The notes under the pieces were generated by a model. That model searched no databases. It saw nothing but the letters and a program-made list of their open reading frames with translations, and was not told where the DNA came from. The translations under genes were made by a program, and so were the position numbers. Positions 38,533 through 49,669 of a stretch of 64,000 nt of DNA are shown here, in pieces; the first letter of the stretch is position 1; every line of letters starts with the position of its first letter. The stretch comes from a candidate division FCPU426 bacterium (GTDB lineage Bacteria; Oederibacteriota; Muellerivitia; Muellerivitales; Muellerivitaceae), in the NCBI GenBank assembly GCA_963847625.1, contig CAWKAR010000019.1, forward strand, positions 96,001 to 160,000, written 5' to 3'.

Positions 38533-40776
38533 ATGTACAGTATCACGACCGTGCTCTTTATTCTTTTTGCCGGTATTTTTTTCTATACCGGCGTCAACTA
38601 CCTGCTCAACATCAGGGGTTACAAGAAGGATTATCTTTTCATTCTTTACGGCCTCATGTGCATATTCAGCTCCGGCTACGCCTTCTCCAGTATCTTCGTT
38701 TATCACTTATCTGATGTCGCATCCAACATAGCGGCCGTAAAATTCCAGAGCACCTTCGCGCGGCTGATCATGGTGATCCTGCCCTGGTTCATCGGGTTAT
38801 ACGCGAATTTCATTCCCAAGCGACTCCTTGCCGCCATTTCGATCCTGGCTTTCATGCTGGGAGCCGCCAAACTGGTCCTGCCCGATTCGTTTATTTTCCC
38901 AAACCTGACGGGCATCCATTATCTGATAACCCCCTGGGGTGAACACCTAATGGACTTATCCTGTGACCTTTGCCCGCTGACTTATGTTCTTTACGCCGTC
39001 TACCTGGCCTTGATGATCTTCGGCGCAGAAGCCACGCGCCGCCTCCTTAAACGCGGCAAAAAAAGCCAGGCCTGGCCCTTTATATTCCCCCTGTCTTTCG
39101 CGGTGGTAGCCTTCGTGAACGACGTACTTTTGGACGCGGGCGCCATTCGAAGCATGTACCTGGAGGAATACGCGATTTTTATTTTCATCCTGGTGATAGG
39201 TTCCTGGATGAACGCCCAGCGCATGCACGCCGAGGGAAACTATCGAGCGCTTTTCCACTCCGTGAATGACGCCATTTTCGTGCACGACGCGCTCACGGGA
39301 AAAGTTCTGGACGTGAACGAGGCCGCCGCGCGAATGTTCGGAGCCACCAGCCAGGACCTTATTTCCGGCGATTTCAAACGCACCTGCGCCGAAACGCCCC
39401 CCTATACCATGGCCGATGCGCTCGTGCTGGTACATCAAGCCGCGGCGAAAGGCCCTCAGGTTTACGAATGGCGGTCCCGGCGCGTGGACGACAGCCGGCT
39501 TTTCCACACCGAGGTCTCGCTGCGTAGTGATGTCATTGACGACCGCCCCGTGGTTTTGGCCGCCGTGCGCGACATTTCGAAGCGAAAAAAAGCCGAGGAG
39601 GAAAAGGAGGCAATCGAGAGCCAGCTTCAACAGGCGCAAAAGCTGGAAAGCCTAGGTCTCCTGGCCGGAAGCGTGGCGCACGACTTCAACAATCTATTAA
39701 TGGTCATACTCGGCAATGCCGCTTTGGCCCACAAGGACCTGCCGCCGGACTCGCTTTCCCATTCCCATTTGGATCACATCGGCACCGCCGCTCAACGGGC
39801 GGCTTCCCTATGCCAGCAGCTTTTGGCCTATTCCGGCAGGGGGGGATTTGTCATCGAGCACCTCGGCCTCAAGGATGTCGTGGAGGACATCACGCGCATC
39901 CTGGAAGTGTCGATTCCCAAGAAGATCCAATTGAACCTGCGTTATGATCCGGACCTGCCGCGAATCCTGGCCGACGCGACTCAGATCCGGCAAGTGGTCA
40001 TGAACCTCATTACAAACGCCGCGGAAGCCATTGGGGATGGGGAGGGTATCATCACGCTTTCGACATTCTCGCGCCCCATGGACCGCGCGGCTTTCAAGGA
40101 GTACATGTCGGACCCCGGCCTGCCGGAAGGCCCCTACGTGGCGCTCAAGGTGGCTGACACGGGTTGCGGTATGGACGAGAAAACAGTCGCCCGTGTTTTC
40201 GAGCCTTTTTTCACCACCAAGTTCACAGGCAGGGGCCTGGGCATGGCCGTTGTGCTGGGCATCGTGCGGGGACACAAGGGAGCCATCCGAATCAACAGCG
40301 AAATGAAAAAAGGCACCACCGTGACGGTCTTGTTTCCTATCGCGCCGGAAGGGGTCCAGAATATTGCGCCGGCCCCCAAAGCGCCCCCTTCACCCCCGGC
40401 CGCCCGGGAAATGGTCTTACTGGTGGACGACGATAAACCCGTCCTGATGACCGTCGCGAAACTGGTGGAAATGCTGGGGCACCGGACCCTGACCGCCGAA
40501 AGCGGGAGAAAAGCCTTGGAGATTTTTAAGAAACAGCATGGGGATATTTCCTGCGTTCTGCTGGACCTGACCATGCCGGACATGGACGGCGGCGAGACCC
40601 TGCAGGAGATGAAGCGCATCGACCCCAAAGCGAGGGTCGTCCTCACGAGCGGATATAGTGAGCGGGATTTGAAGGACCGTTTCAAGGGCCAAGGGGTAGC
40701 GGGCTTCCTGCAAAAGCCTTACATGCTGGAGGATTTAAAAGCGGTTATTGAGTCAGCCCTCAACGGCTCATCCTAA
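38533..40776 (+). CDS. Membrane hybrid sensor histidine kinase (TM-PAS-HisKA-HATPase-REC)
   Basis: AHDFNNLL, NLITNAAEA, DTGCGM, FFTTKFTGRGLG, LLVDDD, LLDLTMP. Confidence 0.95.
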   Translation: MYSITTVLFILFAGIFFYTGVNYLLNIRGYKKDYLFILYGLMCIFSSGYAFSSIFVYHLSDVASNIAAVKFQSTFARLIMVILPWFIGLYANFIPKRLLAAISILAFMLGAAKLVLPDSFIFPNLTGIHYLITPWGEHLMDLSCDLCPLTYVLYAVYLALMIFGAEATRRLLKRGKKSQAWPFIFPLSFAVVAFVNDVLLDAGAIRSMYLEEYAIFIFILVIGSWMNAQRMHAEGNYRALFHSVNDAIFVHDALTGKVLDVNEAAARMFGATSQDLISGDFKRTCAETPPYTMADALVLVHQAAAKGPQVYEWRSRRVDDSRLFHTEVSLRSDVIDDRPVVLAAVRDISKRKKAEEEKEAIESQLQQAQKLESLGLLAGSVAHDFNNLLMVILGNAALAHKDLPPDSLSHSHLDHIGTAAQRAASLCQQLLAYSGRGGFVIEHLGLKDVVEDITRILEVSIPKKIQLNLRYDPDLPRILADATQIRQVVMNLITNAAEAIGDGEGIITLSTFSRPMDRAAFKEYMSDPGLPEGPYVALKVADTGCGMDEKTVARVFEPFFTTKFTGRGLGMAVVLGIVRGHKGAIRINSEMKKGTTVTVLFPIAPEGVQNIAPAPKAPPSPPAAREMVLLVDDDKPVLMTVAKLVEMLGHRTLTAESGRKALEIFKKQHGDISCVLLDLTMPDMDGGETLQEMKRIDPKARVVLTSGYSERDLKDRFKGQGVAGFLQKPYMLEDLKAVIESALNGSS

Positions 40777-40965
40777 TAACGGCGGCCCCTCAAAAAGCCT
40801 CTTTCGAACGATGATTTTCAGACTAGATCAAGTCTCTGGATTAGGCCGCTTGGATTCGGCAAATGCGGAAATAAGTCCCATCTCGTACGATTTGCGAACC
40901 AGTAAAATTGAAGCCTTTCGTCGATAATGCCCTGGGGTTGTCAACACTTGCCGTCCAGATTCGAG

Positions 40966-41286
40966 CTATTTTCCCGCGTTTTCATTCTGAAGGCGTCTCG
41001 CCCGTCGATTCCAAGCTGGAGCAAACAGGAATTTAAACGTTAAGAAAGAAAGCACCCAGACCATAACCAAAAAAATCCCAAAGTAAACCCAATCGATTAT
41101 TTTTCCCGTTAAATTGATAAACAATACGAAAAACACAAGAGCGTACAACTCGGTAATCGCCGTTAATTTGAGAACCAACACCGTTTTGAAATCATCTTTT
41201 TGGGAAGGACGCCAGCTCAAGAATGGCCACCACCCCCAATCCACGTCACTTACCCAATTTGAAATTTTTTCCAATTGATCGTTCAT
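40966..41286 (-). CDS. Small membrane protein
   Basis: DWGWWPF, two TM helices, GGAGG RBS. Confidence 0.7.
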   Translation of the reverse strand: MNDQLEKISNWVSDVDWGWWPFLSWRPSQKDDFKTVLVLKLTAITELYALVFFVLFINLTGKIIDWVYFGIFLVMVWVLSFLTFKFLFAPAWNRRARRLQNENAGK

Positions 41287-41504
41287 CTTTTCCTCCCCGC
41301 GTTGGTTTTGAACCAGTCCATTGTAGTATTTGACTCGGTCTTATTTTAGCTCTTTAAGGTAAACCGCGGGAATTCTTTGGAAAATGGGAGTATTTGCGGT
41401 GGTTATTTATTCCGAATACGGTATTTATTTATTGGCATCCATTTCCCTGGATATCCCGCCGGGAGCAGATAGATATGCCATTTCTTTTATCTTATGACAA
41501 GCAC

Positions 41505-43631
41505 TCAGGGCACTGCATTTTCCAGGCGAAGCCCCTTTTGGGCCGCTTCAATATCCGACTTGGGAATTAGAATCATATTCTCGTAAGGTTTGTTCCATGG
41601 ATCCCTGAATTGGGTCAAGGTGGCATGAGGATAATACTTCGAAAATATCTGCAGGCCATTTTCTATATTGAAAGTCGCGTAAAAGACGGCTACATCCTTG
41701 GTGACCTTGTTTCGAATGGGCAAAAAGCGGCATTCATCGTTAATTCCAAACACGTCCCATGGCTGAATTCCGGAATAAAAGAAGATAATCGGGGAATAGG
41801 AATCCGGATCCAAAAACAAATGATAATAGGGTTTCATCTTAGAATAGACTTTCGCCAGCACCTCATGATGATATCCCTGCAAACGCCAGACCTCCGGGCG
41901 GGCGTTAAACCGGAAAAAATACATATCCACGTTGAAAAACAAGGCGCCGGCTAATCCCAGCGCCAACCAGACCTTGGCCTCCGTTTTCATTCCCCAGCTG
42001 CTTTGGTCAACCATCTCCCACAACCATTCGATACCCCTGGCCGCTATCAGCATCAAAAACGGAAAAGTTATGAACGACCGCATGGGGTTCAGGTATTCCG
42101 GCGGTACATACGGATTTTCCATCGCTAAAGCGTTGGCGGCGATTCCGAACAGGACCCCCCCCAGCGGCGCCCAGCTGACTCTTTTGTTGAGGGAAAAAAG
42201 GGTGAGAACCAACCCCACCAGAAGCAGGAACCCGGTGAAAGGATCCAGGATGGGATTGTTGGGAACCATTAAATTCGGGTCAACCGCGCTCGTCCAAAAA
42301 TACGAAAACATTGTCCAGAGGGTGGTCTTGACCGGCAGCAAATAACGGCCGGACGCGGACATCGCGTCTAAAATATTTAAATCCCGGGCGCGTCCGAGGA
42401 ACTCATAAGGGCGGTGGATGATAAGACGTATATAAACGCTCAAAATCCAAAGAAACCCCAGGAAGGAAAGGAACAAGTGCCGGCTGTAAGTCTTCACGAA
42501 AGCCATTCCGCCCGCAAAAAGCCCGCATCCTAAAACAAAAACCAACACCATGGCAGGAGTCAGCCGGCCCGCGTGATAGGTCATCACGGTAGCGGCGGCA
42601 AAAACACCCGCCCACCAATAATCGGCCCGGGCTCCTTTTTGGAATGCCTTCTCGTAAAAATAAAAAGTGCACACTACAAAGAGAATCATGCTCATGGTAT
42701 TAAACGGGGAAAAGGCGAAAAACAAATGCCACCAGGAGATGCTGAAAAGAAAGGCCGCCAGCAAACTGGCGCGCGGGCTGAAATATAACCTGCACCAGAG
42801 GTAGAAAACAAAAATCGACAACATGGACAAAGTCAAAGAGACGATCCGGAAAGAGACGATTTTGACTCCGAAAAGTTTAACTCCGATGTTGGTCAAAAAG
42901 ATCCCCCTCGAAATGGACCATGGGGTCACGGCGTCCATGCTCTCGTCACAACGAAAGCCGGCGAAAACTTCGCGAATGAAGGGATAACGCATGAGCGCCG
43001 CCAAACTTAAAACCAGAAACAGCCATTTCCATTCGCCATTCATTCGGGAAGCGCTGAGGGTTTCCCGCCGATTCCATCTCAAGACGGCGAGGATTAAAAA
43101 GGTAGCGGCCATGGCAACCAGGCCCAACGGCAAATTGTAGTCATAGAACAAACTGTACATGGCCAAACAGGTCAAAGGCAGGAGGAAGAGCAGTAATACA
43201 AAGGGGCTTTTATCAGTGGAATCGGCCGCGGGAAAGCCGGAAACTTCTAAAACCTTCGAGTTTTCCGGGAAGGATTCCAATAGAATCCACCCCGATAGAA
43301 TCATGAAGAACATTCCGGTGGCGTAGTTGAACAACGAATCCTTTATATAAGGGCTTCCCCACCAACCATCATTCACGTTGAATGGAAAGCCAACCAACGG
43401 CAGAGTCACAAAAAAGGTACTCACCAAGCACGCCACCAAACCGGCAGGAACGCCAACCCATCGCAGAAGGGTCACAAACGGATTCTTGCCGGCATCCGAT
43501 ACTTTTTTTCGCCAATAATAAAGAAAAGCCGCGAGAGCCAAAAAAGCTACCGCGGATACGAACCTTCCCATAACGAAATAATAAATCGCCAACAAAGCCG
43601 ACATAGAAAACAAAAGAATATCGGTGCTCAT
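41505..43631 (-). CDS. GT-C fold (PMT_2/ArnT-like) glycosyltransferase, paralog 1
   Basis: LMRYP..DE, SWWHLF, many TM helices; high similarity to 43978..46095. Confidence 0.8.
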   Translation of the reverse strand: MSTDILLFSMSALLAIYYFVMGRFVSAVAFLALAAFLYYWRKKVSDAGKNPFVTLLRWVGVPAGLVACLVSTFFVTLPLVGFPFNVNDGWWGSPYIKDSLFNYATGMFFMILSGWILLESFPENSKVLEVSGFPAADSTDKSPFVLLLFLLPLTCLAMYSLFYDYNLPLGLVAMAATFLILAVLRWNRRETLSASRMNGEWKWLFLVLSLAALMRYPFIREVFAGFRCDESMDAVTPWSISRGIFLTNIGVKLFGVKIVSFRIVSLTLSMLSIFVFYLWCRLYFSPRASLLAAFLFSISWWHLFFAFSPFNTMSMILFVVCTFYFYEKAFQKGARADYWWAGVFAAATVMTYHAGRLTPAMVLVFVLGCGLFAGGMAFVKTYSRHLFLSFLGFLWILSVYIRLIIHRPYEFLGRARDLNILDAMSASGRYLLPVKTTLWTMFSYFWTSAVDPNLMVPNNPILDPFTGFLLLVGLVLTLFSLNKRVSWAPLGGVLFGIAANALAMENPYVPPEYLNPMRSFITFPFLMLIAARGIEWLWEMVDQSSWGMKTEAKVWLALGLAGALFFNVDMYFFRFNARPEVWRLQGYHHEVLAKVYSKMKPYYHLFLDPDSYSPIIFFYSGIQPWDVFGINDECRFLPIRNKVTKDVAVFYATFNIENGLQIFSKYYPHATLTQFRDPWNKPYENMILIPKSDIEAAQKGLRLENAVP

Positions 43632-43977
43632 CTATTTTTCTCCTCACGGTTTATATTATATCGATAAAAGAAACCGGCGTATTTTAACACAGGCTCCTTT
43701 GACCCGCTTTTCTTTTCCACCTCTTCAATAGCATTGCCCGCTCACAACAATTTTTCCGGATATTTTCAAAAACAATCAGGAACAATACGATTTTCTTAAC
43801 AATCCCGGCAAAAAGAGCCGGGCAACCCTCATCATTTTTCTTACAACCGGCCTATTATCGGGCGGAGATTTTGGCCCTTCTTTCCTTTGGCCGCTTTACA
43901 GTACCGAAAACCCGCTTCTCATTTAAACATTTTAAAATAACCAATTTCAATCCCCTTGGTCCTGCCCAAGCGGAAAA

Positions 43978-46095
43978 TCAGGGGGCTTCATTACCCGGGG
44001 GAAGCCCCTTTTGGGCCGCTTCAACATCCGCCTTGGGAATTCGAACTATTCTCTCGTAAATGACGTTCCAAGGGTCCCTGAGTTCGGTAATGGTGGCATG
44101 GGGATAATAATTCAAGAATAGCCTCAAGTCTTTACGCAATTCCCTCGGCGCGAAGAAAACGGCCACATTCTTGTTGACCTTGTTTCGAATAGGCAGGAAG
44201 AGGCAATCATCGTTAATTCCAACCACGTCCACATCCCGAATTCCCGTAAGAAAGGTAATAACATTGGAAAAGGAATCCTCATCCAAAAACAAATGGCATT
44301 CGGGTCTGATGCGGGTATAGATTTTCGCCAGTTCCAAATGAGGATAACCCACCAACGGCCAGATCCCAGGGCGGTCCTTAAACCGGAAAAAATACATATC
44401 CACGTTGAAAAACAAGGCGCCGGCCAATCCGAGCGCCAGCCAAACCTTGGCCCCCGTTTTCATGACCGGGCGGCTTCGGTCAACCATTTCCCAAAACCAT
44501 TCAATGCCCCTTGCCGCCATCAACATTAAAAAGGGGAAAGCAATAAACAACCGCATGGGGTTCAGGTATTCCGGCGGCACATAAGGATTTTCCCTCGCGA
44601 AAGCGTTGGCGGCAATGCCGAATAAGACGCCCCCCAGCGCCGCCCAGCTGACTCTTTTGCGGAGGGAGAAAAGGGTGAGAACCATTCCCGCCAGAAGCAG
44701 AATGCCGGTGAAAGGATCCAGGATGGGATTGTTAGGAACCATTAACCGCTCGTCAACCCCGCTCGTCCAAAAAAACGAAAGGATTGACCAGAAAGTGGTC
44801 TTGATCGGCAGCCAATAATCACCCGAAGCGGCCACCATGGCGAAAATATTTAAATTCACAGCGCGCCCGGTGAACTCGATTGGGTGCTGGATAATGAAAC
44901 ATATAAAGGGTCCTATAAACCAGAGAAACCCCAGGAAAGAAAGGAACAAGTGCCGGCTGTAAGTCTTCACGAAAGCCATTCCGCCCGCAAAAAGCCCGCA
45001 TCCCATTATAAACACCAGCACCATGGCCGGGGTCAGCCGGCCCGCGATATAGGTCATCACGCTGGCCGCGGCAAAAACACCTCCCCACCAATAATCGGCC
45101 CGGGCTCCTCTTTGGAGGGCTTTCTCGTAAAAATAAAAGGTGCAAACCACAAAGAGAATCATGCACATGGTATTAAACGGGGAAAAGGCGAAAAACAAAT
45201 GCCACCAGGAGACGCTGGAAAGGAAGGCAGCCAGCAAACAGGCGCGCGGGCTGAAATATAACCTGCACCAGCGGTAGAAAACAAAAATCGACAACATGGA
45301 CAAAGTCAAAGTGGCCATCCGAAGGCCCGTCAGATTGACCCCGAAAATTTTAAGGCCGATGGCATTTAAAAAACATGGTAATGTTGGCGAACCCCAGACC
45401 CCCGTCTGGAAAGGAGTGGCCCACTCCCCTTTCAAGGCGCCCACTGCGGTCATGGCCTCTACGCTCTCGTCACTCCGAAAACCGGCAAAAAGGCTATGAA
45501 GGAAGGGATAACGCAGGAGCGCAGCCAATCCCAAAATGAACAAAACCCATTTCCACTCGCCTTTCAGTTGGGCGACCCCAAGGGTTTCCTGCCGTTTACA
45601 CCTTAAAAAACCAATGATTAAAACGGTGGCGGCCAGGGCGAAAAATGCCAGCGGTGAATGATCGCTATAGAAAAAAGTAATCATGGCCAGCCAGGTCAAA
45701 GGTAAGAGGAGGGGCAGTATTTCAAAACGGCTCTTGTCCTTGGGCTTGGGCCGGGGAAAACCGGAAACTTTTAAAACCTTCGAAGTTTCCGGAAAAGCTT
45801 CCAAAAGAAACCATCCCGATATAATTAAAAGGGGTAGACCGGTGGCCCAGTTATAGACCGGCTCCGTCACCAGGTAGCTTCCCCATCCGCCAGCCGCCAA
45901 GCCGGCCGGAATGCCGGCCCAACGAAGAATGGGGGCAATCCATTTTTTCTTGAAGGCATCCGTTAAAAATTTCCGCCAAAAATACAGGAATGCCGCAATA
46001 GCCAAAAAAGCAATCGCGGATTTAAACCTCCCCAAGGCGATATAACTGATCGCCGATAAAACTGATATGGAGAACAAAACGATATCAGTGCTCAT
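43978..46095 (-). CDS. GT-C fold (PMT_2/ArnT-like) glycosyltransferase, paralog 2
   Basis: LLRYP..SDE, SWWHLF, many TM helices. Confidence 0.8.
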   Translation of the reverse strand: MSTDIVLFSISVLSAISYIALGRFKSAIAFLAIAAFLYFWRKFLTDAFKKKWIAPILRWAGIPAGLAAGGWGSYLVTEPVYNWATGLPLLIISGWFLLEAFPETSKVLKVSGFPRPKPKDKSRFEILPLLLPLTWLAMITFFYSDHSPLAFFALAATVLIIGFLRCKRQETLGVAQLKGEWKWVLFILGLAALLRYPFLHSLFAGFRSDESVEAMTAVGALKGEWATPFQTGVWGSPTLPCFLNAIGLKIFGVNLTGLRMATLTLSMLSIFVFYRWCRLYFSPRACLLAAFLSSVSWWHLFFAFSPFNTMCMILFVVCTFYFYEKALQRGARADYWWGGVFAAASVMTYIAGRLTPAMVLVFIMGCGLFAGGMAFVKTYSRHLFLSFLGFLWFIGPFICFIIQHPIEFTGRAVNLNIFAMVAASGDYWLPIKTTFWSILSFFWTSGVDERLMVPNNPILDPFTGILLLAGMVLTLFSLRKRVSWAALGGVLFGIAANAFARENPYVPPEYLNPMRLFIAFPFLMLMAARGIEWFWEMVDRSRPVMKTGAKVWLALGLAGALFFNVDMYFFRFKDRPGIWPLVGYPHLELAKIYTRIRPECHLFLDEDSFSNVITFLTGIRDVDVVGINDDCLFLPIRNKVNKNVAVFFAPRELRKDLRLFLNYYPHATITELRDPWNVIYERIVRIPKADVEAAQKGLPPGNEAP

Positions 46096-46294
46096 CCATT
46101 TTTCTCCTCGCGGTTTATATCGCCATTCTTTCCTTTAGCAGCTTGAACAACTCTTCCCTTGGTCAACAGTTAAAGTAATCTGAAATATTATTGCTTCAAG
46201 CGATGTAAAAAAGAAAAGAGACCTAGTCATTGACGGTTTGTTTGTTCTTGTGTTAGAAAAATTTTGATTTTCCCTTAAGTCCAGCCGGCTCGCT

Positions 46295-47440
46295 TCATTT
46301 TTCCGAGTGATAAATGCTCCTCACCGCCAGCAAAATCTTCTTGTAAACATCGCGCAAAACATCCACCCCGCTCCGGGCCTTTAGAAAATTCGGGTTGACT
46401 TCCATGGCCTTGCTCGCCTCTCTCAAAGACCGATTGACTATAAAACTGGACTTGACCAGTTGGGCGATTCCATAGTGAAACCGGATGTCCGCGTAATTTG
46501 GGTATGTCTCAACGAGTTCTTCCAATTGACGGATATAAGTTTCTGTTTCCTTCATCCCGACACCCTTGTCCTCGTAAATAAGTTTCAGGGTATAAAAACA
46601 GATCATTTCCAAGGCCGTCTTCGGCATGTATTTCGGCCTCGCGTTCATGAAACCCGTAAAAGCCAACTGGTATTTCCCGTCACGCAGGTAAGCCATGGCG
46701 GTCAATAACGTCGCGTTAACAATCTTCGGGTTCAATTCCTTGGCGGTCTTTGCCTCCCGCTGGGCCTCCTCCGCGTATCCTTGAAGCGTCGTTTCGGCTA
46801 GATTCTCATTCTCGTTAACCAGAATCCCGACATCGGTGGTCGCTAGTTTTAAGCGCGCCTCGGCGTAGTCGGGGTTGATCTGAAGCGCCTGCACGTAACA
46901 TTGCCGCGCTTCCTCAAATTGCCTTTGATATAAATAGACATTCCCCAAATAAAAAAGAATGTCGGGATAATTCGGGGCGGTCTTTAACGCCTCGGTAAGC
47001 ACGACTTTGGCTCCGTCAAAATCCTGGAGCAGGATCAAGGAAATGCCGTAATACTTGATAGCTTGGATGTGATGGGGGTCTATTTTCAAGGCGTTTTGAA
47101 ATTGATCCCGCCCATCCCCGTAAAAACCATAGGAAAGGAGGATAACCCCCATCATGAAACACTTGTCGGAGGAGGGTTTCTCGCTGATTTTGTCCCGGAT
47201 ACGGAAAACAGACTCAAGTTCGGCGATGAAGGCGTTATGTTTTTCCGATAGGTTTTTTTCCAGTTCGGACTCGCCGCTACTTACTATTTCATCCGAAACA
47301 CTGCAATCTCGTTGGATGACGAGTTGGCCCTCGGAATGAACGGAGGAATTCATTTGTTTTTTCGAGGGATCAATGTAAGTTTCCACGGTTAATTTTTTAT
47401 CACCGATCTCAACCATGGTCCGTAAGGATTGCGTCTTCAT
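46295..47440 (-). CDS. TPR protein
   Basis: Repeats ALKIDP, PNYPD.LFYLG, ALQINPDYAEA. Confidence 0.85.
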   Translation of the reverse strand: MKTQSLRTMVEIGDKKLTVETYIDPSKKQMNSSVHSEGQLVIQRDCSVSDEIVSSGESELEKNLSEKHNAFIAELESVFRIRDKISEKPSSDKCFMMGVILLSYGFYGDGRDQFQNALKIDPHHIQAIKYYGISLILLQDFDGAKVVLTEALKTAPNYPDILFYLGNVYLYQRQFEEARQCYVQALQINPDYAEARLKLATTDVGILVNENENLAETTLQGYAEEAQREAKTAKELNPKIVNATLLTAMAYLRDGKYQLAFTGFMNARPKYMPKTALEMICFYTLKLIYEDKGVGMKETETYIRQLEELVETYPNYADIRFHYGIAQLVKSSFIVNRSLREASKAMEVNPNFLKARSGVDVLRDVYKKILLAVRSIYHSEK

Positions 47441-47586
47441 ACAGATACCCCTCCATCAATCGGGATTCCCCAAATGAAAAACTCCACCATTAATATAATA
47501 GTGTATCTTCTGGCCTAATAAGCAACAAATTACCCGGCGGCGTGGGCAAGGCCCTCCGGCAAACCCGGGTTTAAGGAGTAATCGCA

Positions 47587-47901
47587 ATGGAATTATTGAC
47601 CGGACAAGAGGAAAAATTTTTATTAAAGAGGGAAAAGTTCCAGAAGAAATATCGGCGAACGCTGATGTCCATCATTGTGGTTTTTTCGAGCTGTTTACTA
47701 ATTCTTTGGAATATCACACGTGTTTTAAAAACCTACTCAAATATCCCTAAGGAAATGTGGATGGGGATGATCATCAAGTTGGAATTCGTCTTGGGGTTTT
47801 GGATCCTATTGACCCTTTTCATTTTTGTCCGGAATTCGTTAAATGAAAAAAGGTTAATCCATATTATTAATAAATTAAGGGCTAAAAATCCGGTCCCCTG
47901 A
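47587..47901 (+). CDS. Small two-TM membrane protein
   Basis: AAGGAG RBS, two hydrophobic segments. Confidence 0.65.
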   Translation: MELLTGQEEKFLLKREKFQKKYRRTLMSIIVVFSSCLLILWNITRVLKTYSNIPKEMWMGMIIKLEFVLGFWILLTLFIFVRNSLNEKRLIHIINKLRAKNPVP

Positions 47902-48276
47902 ATACGCCTCAAGGTTCGCGATATCGAGTTCAGCCGGGCCATCCAATGAACCCAGGATGTCCAGTAAACGGGGTCGGGCTCTTATAGCGGAGCGCAAAAC
48001 GCACCTAATAGCTGAGTCTTGAGGATATGCTACTGGGCTTTCATTCGATTATCCGCATGAGTATCGTCCTGAATAAATCATGGTTATTTCTCTGGCAATC
48101 AAATACATCACTCTCGAAAACCGGGTTCTCATTTAACCAATATAAAATTCACTCGTATCAAATGTGTTTTTCCCGACCCATTGAGGTTCCAATTTACAAC
48201 CTCAAAACCCCAAGTGGCGTTATAGTCGCTTTTATTAAATTGACGGTGTTAAAGCTGTTGTTTTAAGATAACCCCC

Positions 48277-49272
48277 ATGAAGAAAGCCCTATTCATTGTC
48301 CTAGCCGTGGCAATAACACAAACCCTGCACCCGCTGGTGGCTTCCGCCCAGGTCACCCAAGCCGACCTCATCCAGGCCTACAATTACGCCTACACGCTTT
48401 TCAAGGCCGAGCATTTCCAGGAAGCCAAGGACATTTACAAGAAAGTCGCCGCCATCTCCTCGGATACCGACCTCTGCGCCAATGCCCTCTATTATTACTC
48501 CCAGTGCTCCTTCCGCACCGAAGACTATGACGAATGCGTCAAGGCTCTTAGCGTCATGGCCGTCAAGTTCCCCCAATCGGCGCCCATCGTCAAGGGTTAC
48601 GTGGCCCGCTTCTGCGTGTTTTTGATCGGCCAGGTGGCCCAGCTCCAGACCCACTGGGATTATTTCCGTTACGCCGAGGGCACGGACGAGAAGAATCAGA
48701 TTGTCTGGAAGGAAAGCATACCGCCCGGCTTTAAGATTAAGCGCATCAACTTCAAGCTGGGTTTCGGCCTTTATGGGATCATGAACCGCATCATGCCCAG
48801 CTCCCCCTACACCGTCAACTGCAAGAAGGAACTGGATACCATGCTGGACAGCACCATCACCATGACCTGGGTGGATGAAAAGGCCGCCGTAAATAAATGG
48901 GGCCACCCGAACGATTTCCTCTCCATTTTCAGCCAGAAGGAAATGAAGGCTTTCTCCAAGGTTATCTGCGATAGGATGTTCTTCAACTGGACAACCGACA
49001 AGTTTTACCTGTTCCTGAACATGTACGACGATATCCGGAACATAAAGCCGCGCTTTGTCGCCAAGACCAAGCAGGGAAGCGGCAATATCTATGCCGGGGC
49101 CTCCACGGGCGCGGTCAACAGTTCCACCCAGAAGAATATGACCCCCGCGGCCCAGCAGGACCCTACGACCGTGCTCACCTTGAGGAAACTATTGCAGGTG
49201 GCCGGTTATAATCCCTGGAACGACACCTATTCCAGCGTGATCGAATCCTCCCCTTCTGACCTCTCTCTATAA
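48277..49272 (+). CDS. Exported protein with N-terminal TPR (BamD/YbgF-like)
   Basis: Signal peptide ASA-Q, helical repeats, KFPQS. Confidence 0.75.
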   Translation: MKKALFIVLAVAITQTLHPLVASAQVTQADLIQAYNYAYTLFKAEHFQEAKDIYKKVAAISSDTDLCANALYYYSQCSFRTEDYDECVKALSVMAVKFPQSAPIVKGYVARFCVFLIGQVAQLQTHWDYFRYAEGTDEKNQIVWKESIPPGFKIKRINFKLGFGLYGIMNRIMPSSPYTVNCKKELDTMLDSTITMTWVDEKAAVNKWGHPNDFLSIFSQKEMKAFSKVICDRMFFNWTTDKFYLFLNMYDDIRNIKPRFVAKTKQGSGNIYAGASTGAVNSSTQKNMTPAAQQDPTTVLTLRKLLQVAGYNPWNDTYSSVIESSPSDLSL

Positions 49273-49273
49273 G

Positions 49274-49669
49274 ATGTCAAGCACCCATGCGGCCTTGTTG
49301 ACCGGTGCGCTTCTTTTTTCCTGCAGCGCCCCGGTCCTCGCGAAAAATGCCGGCGTACCCGAGGCCATCGATTCAGCATCAGCGACTCCCGCGGCCACAG
49401 TCACAGCCGAACCTGCAGCCACCCCGGTTCCCAAGCGTGTCATTAAAAAGGCTCCGGATTTAAAGCGGGTTATCGAAATCCACAAACCCATGCCCGACCC
49501 CGCCTGGGGAAAGGTTCTCCAATACCATATGGAACATGCGCCGGACGGCAAAGAAACACTTCACGAGTTTCTTTTCCAGGACGACCAGGGCATCATCCGT
49601 ACCGCGATATACCATGAGGGAAACTCGGGGGAGGATTATTGGGAAGTGTTGGCATGGGACCTTCCTTAG
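49274..49669 (+). CDS. Hypothetical exported protein
   Basis: Signal peptide, Ala/Pro linker; 1 bp after the previous stop. Confidence 0.65.
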   Translation: MSSTHAALLTGALLFSCSAPVLAKNAGVPEAIDSASATPAATVTAEPAATPVPKRVIKKAPDLKRVIEIHKPMPDPAWGKVLQYHMEHAPDGKETLHEFLFQDDQGIIRTAIYHEGNSGEDYWEVLAWDLP

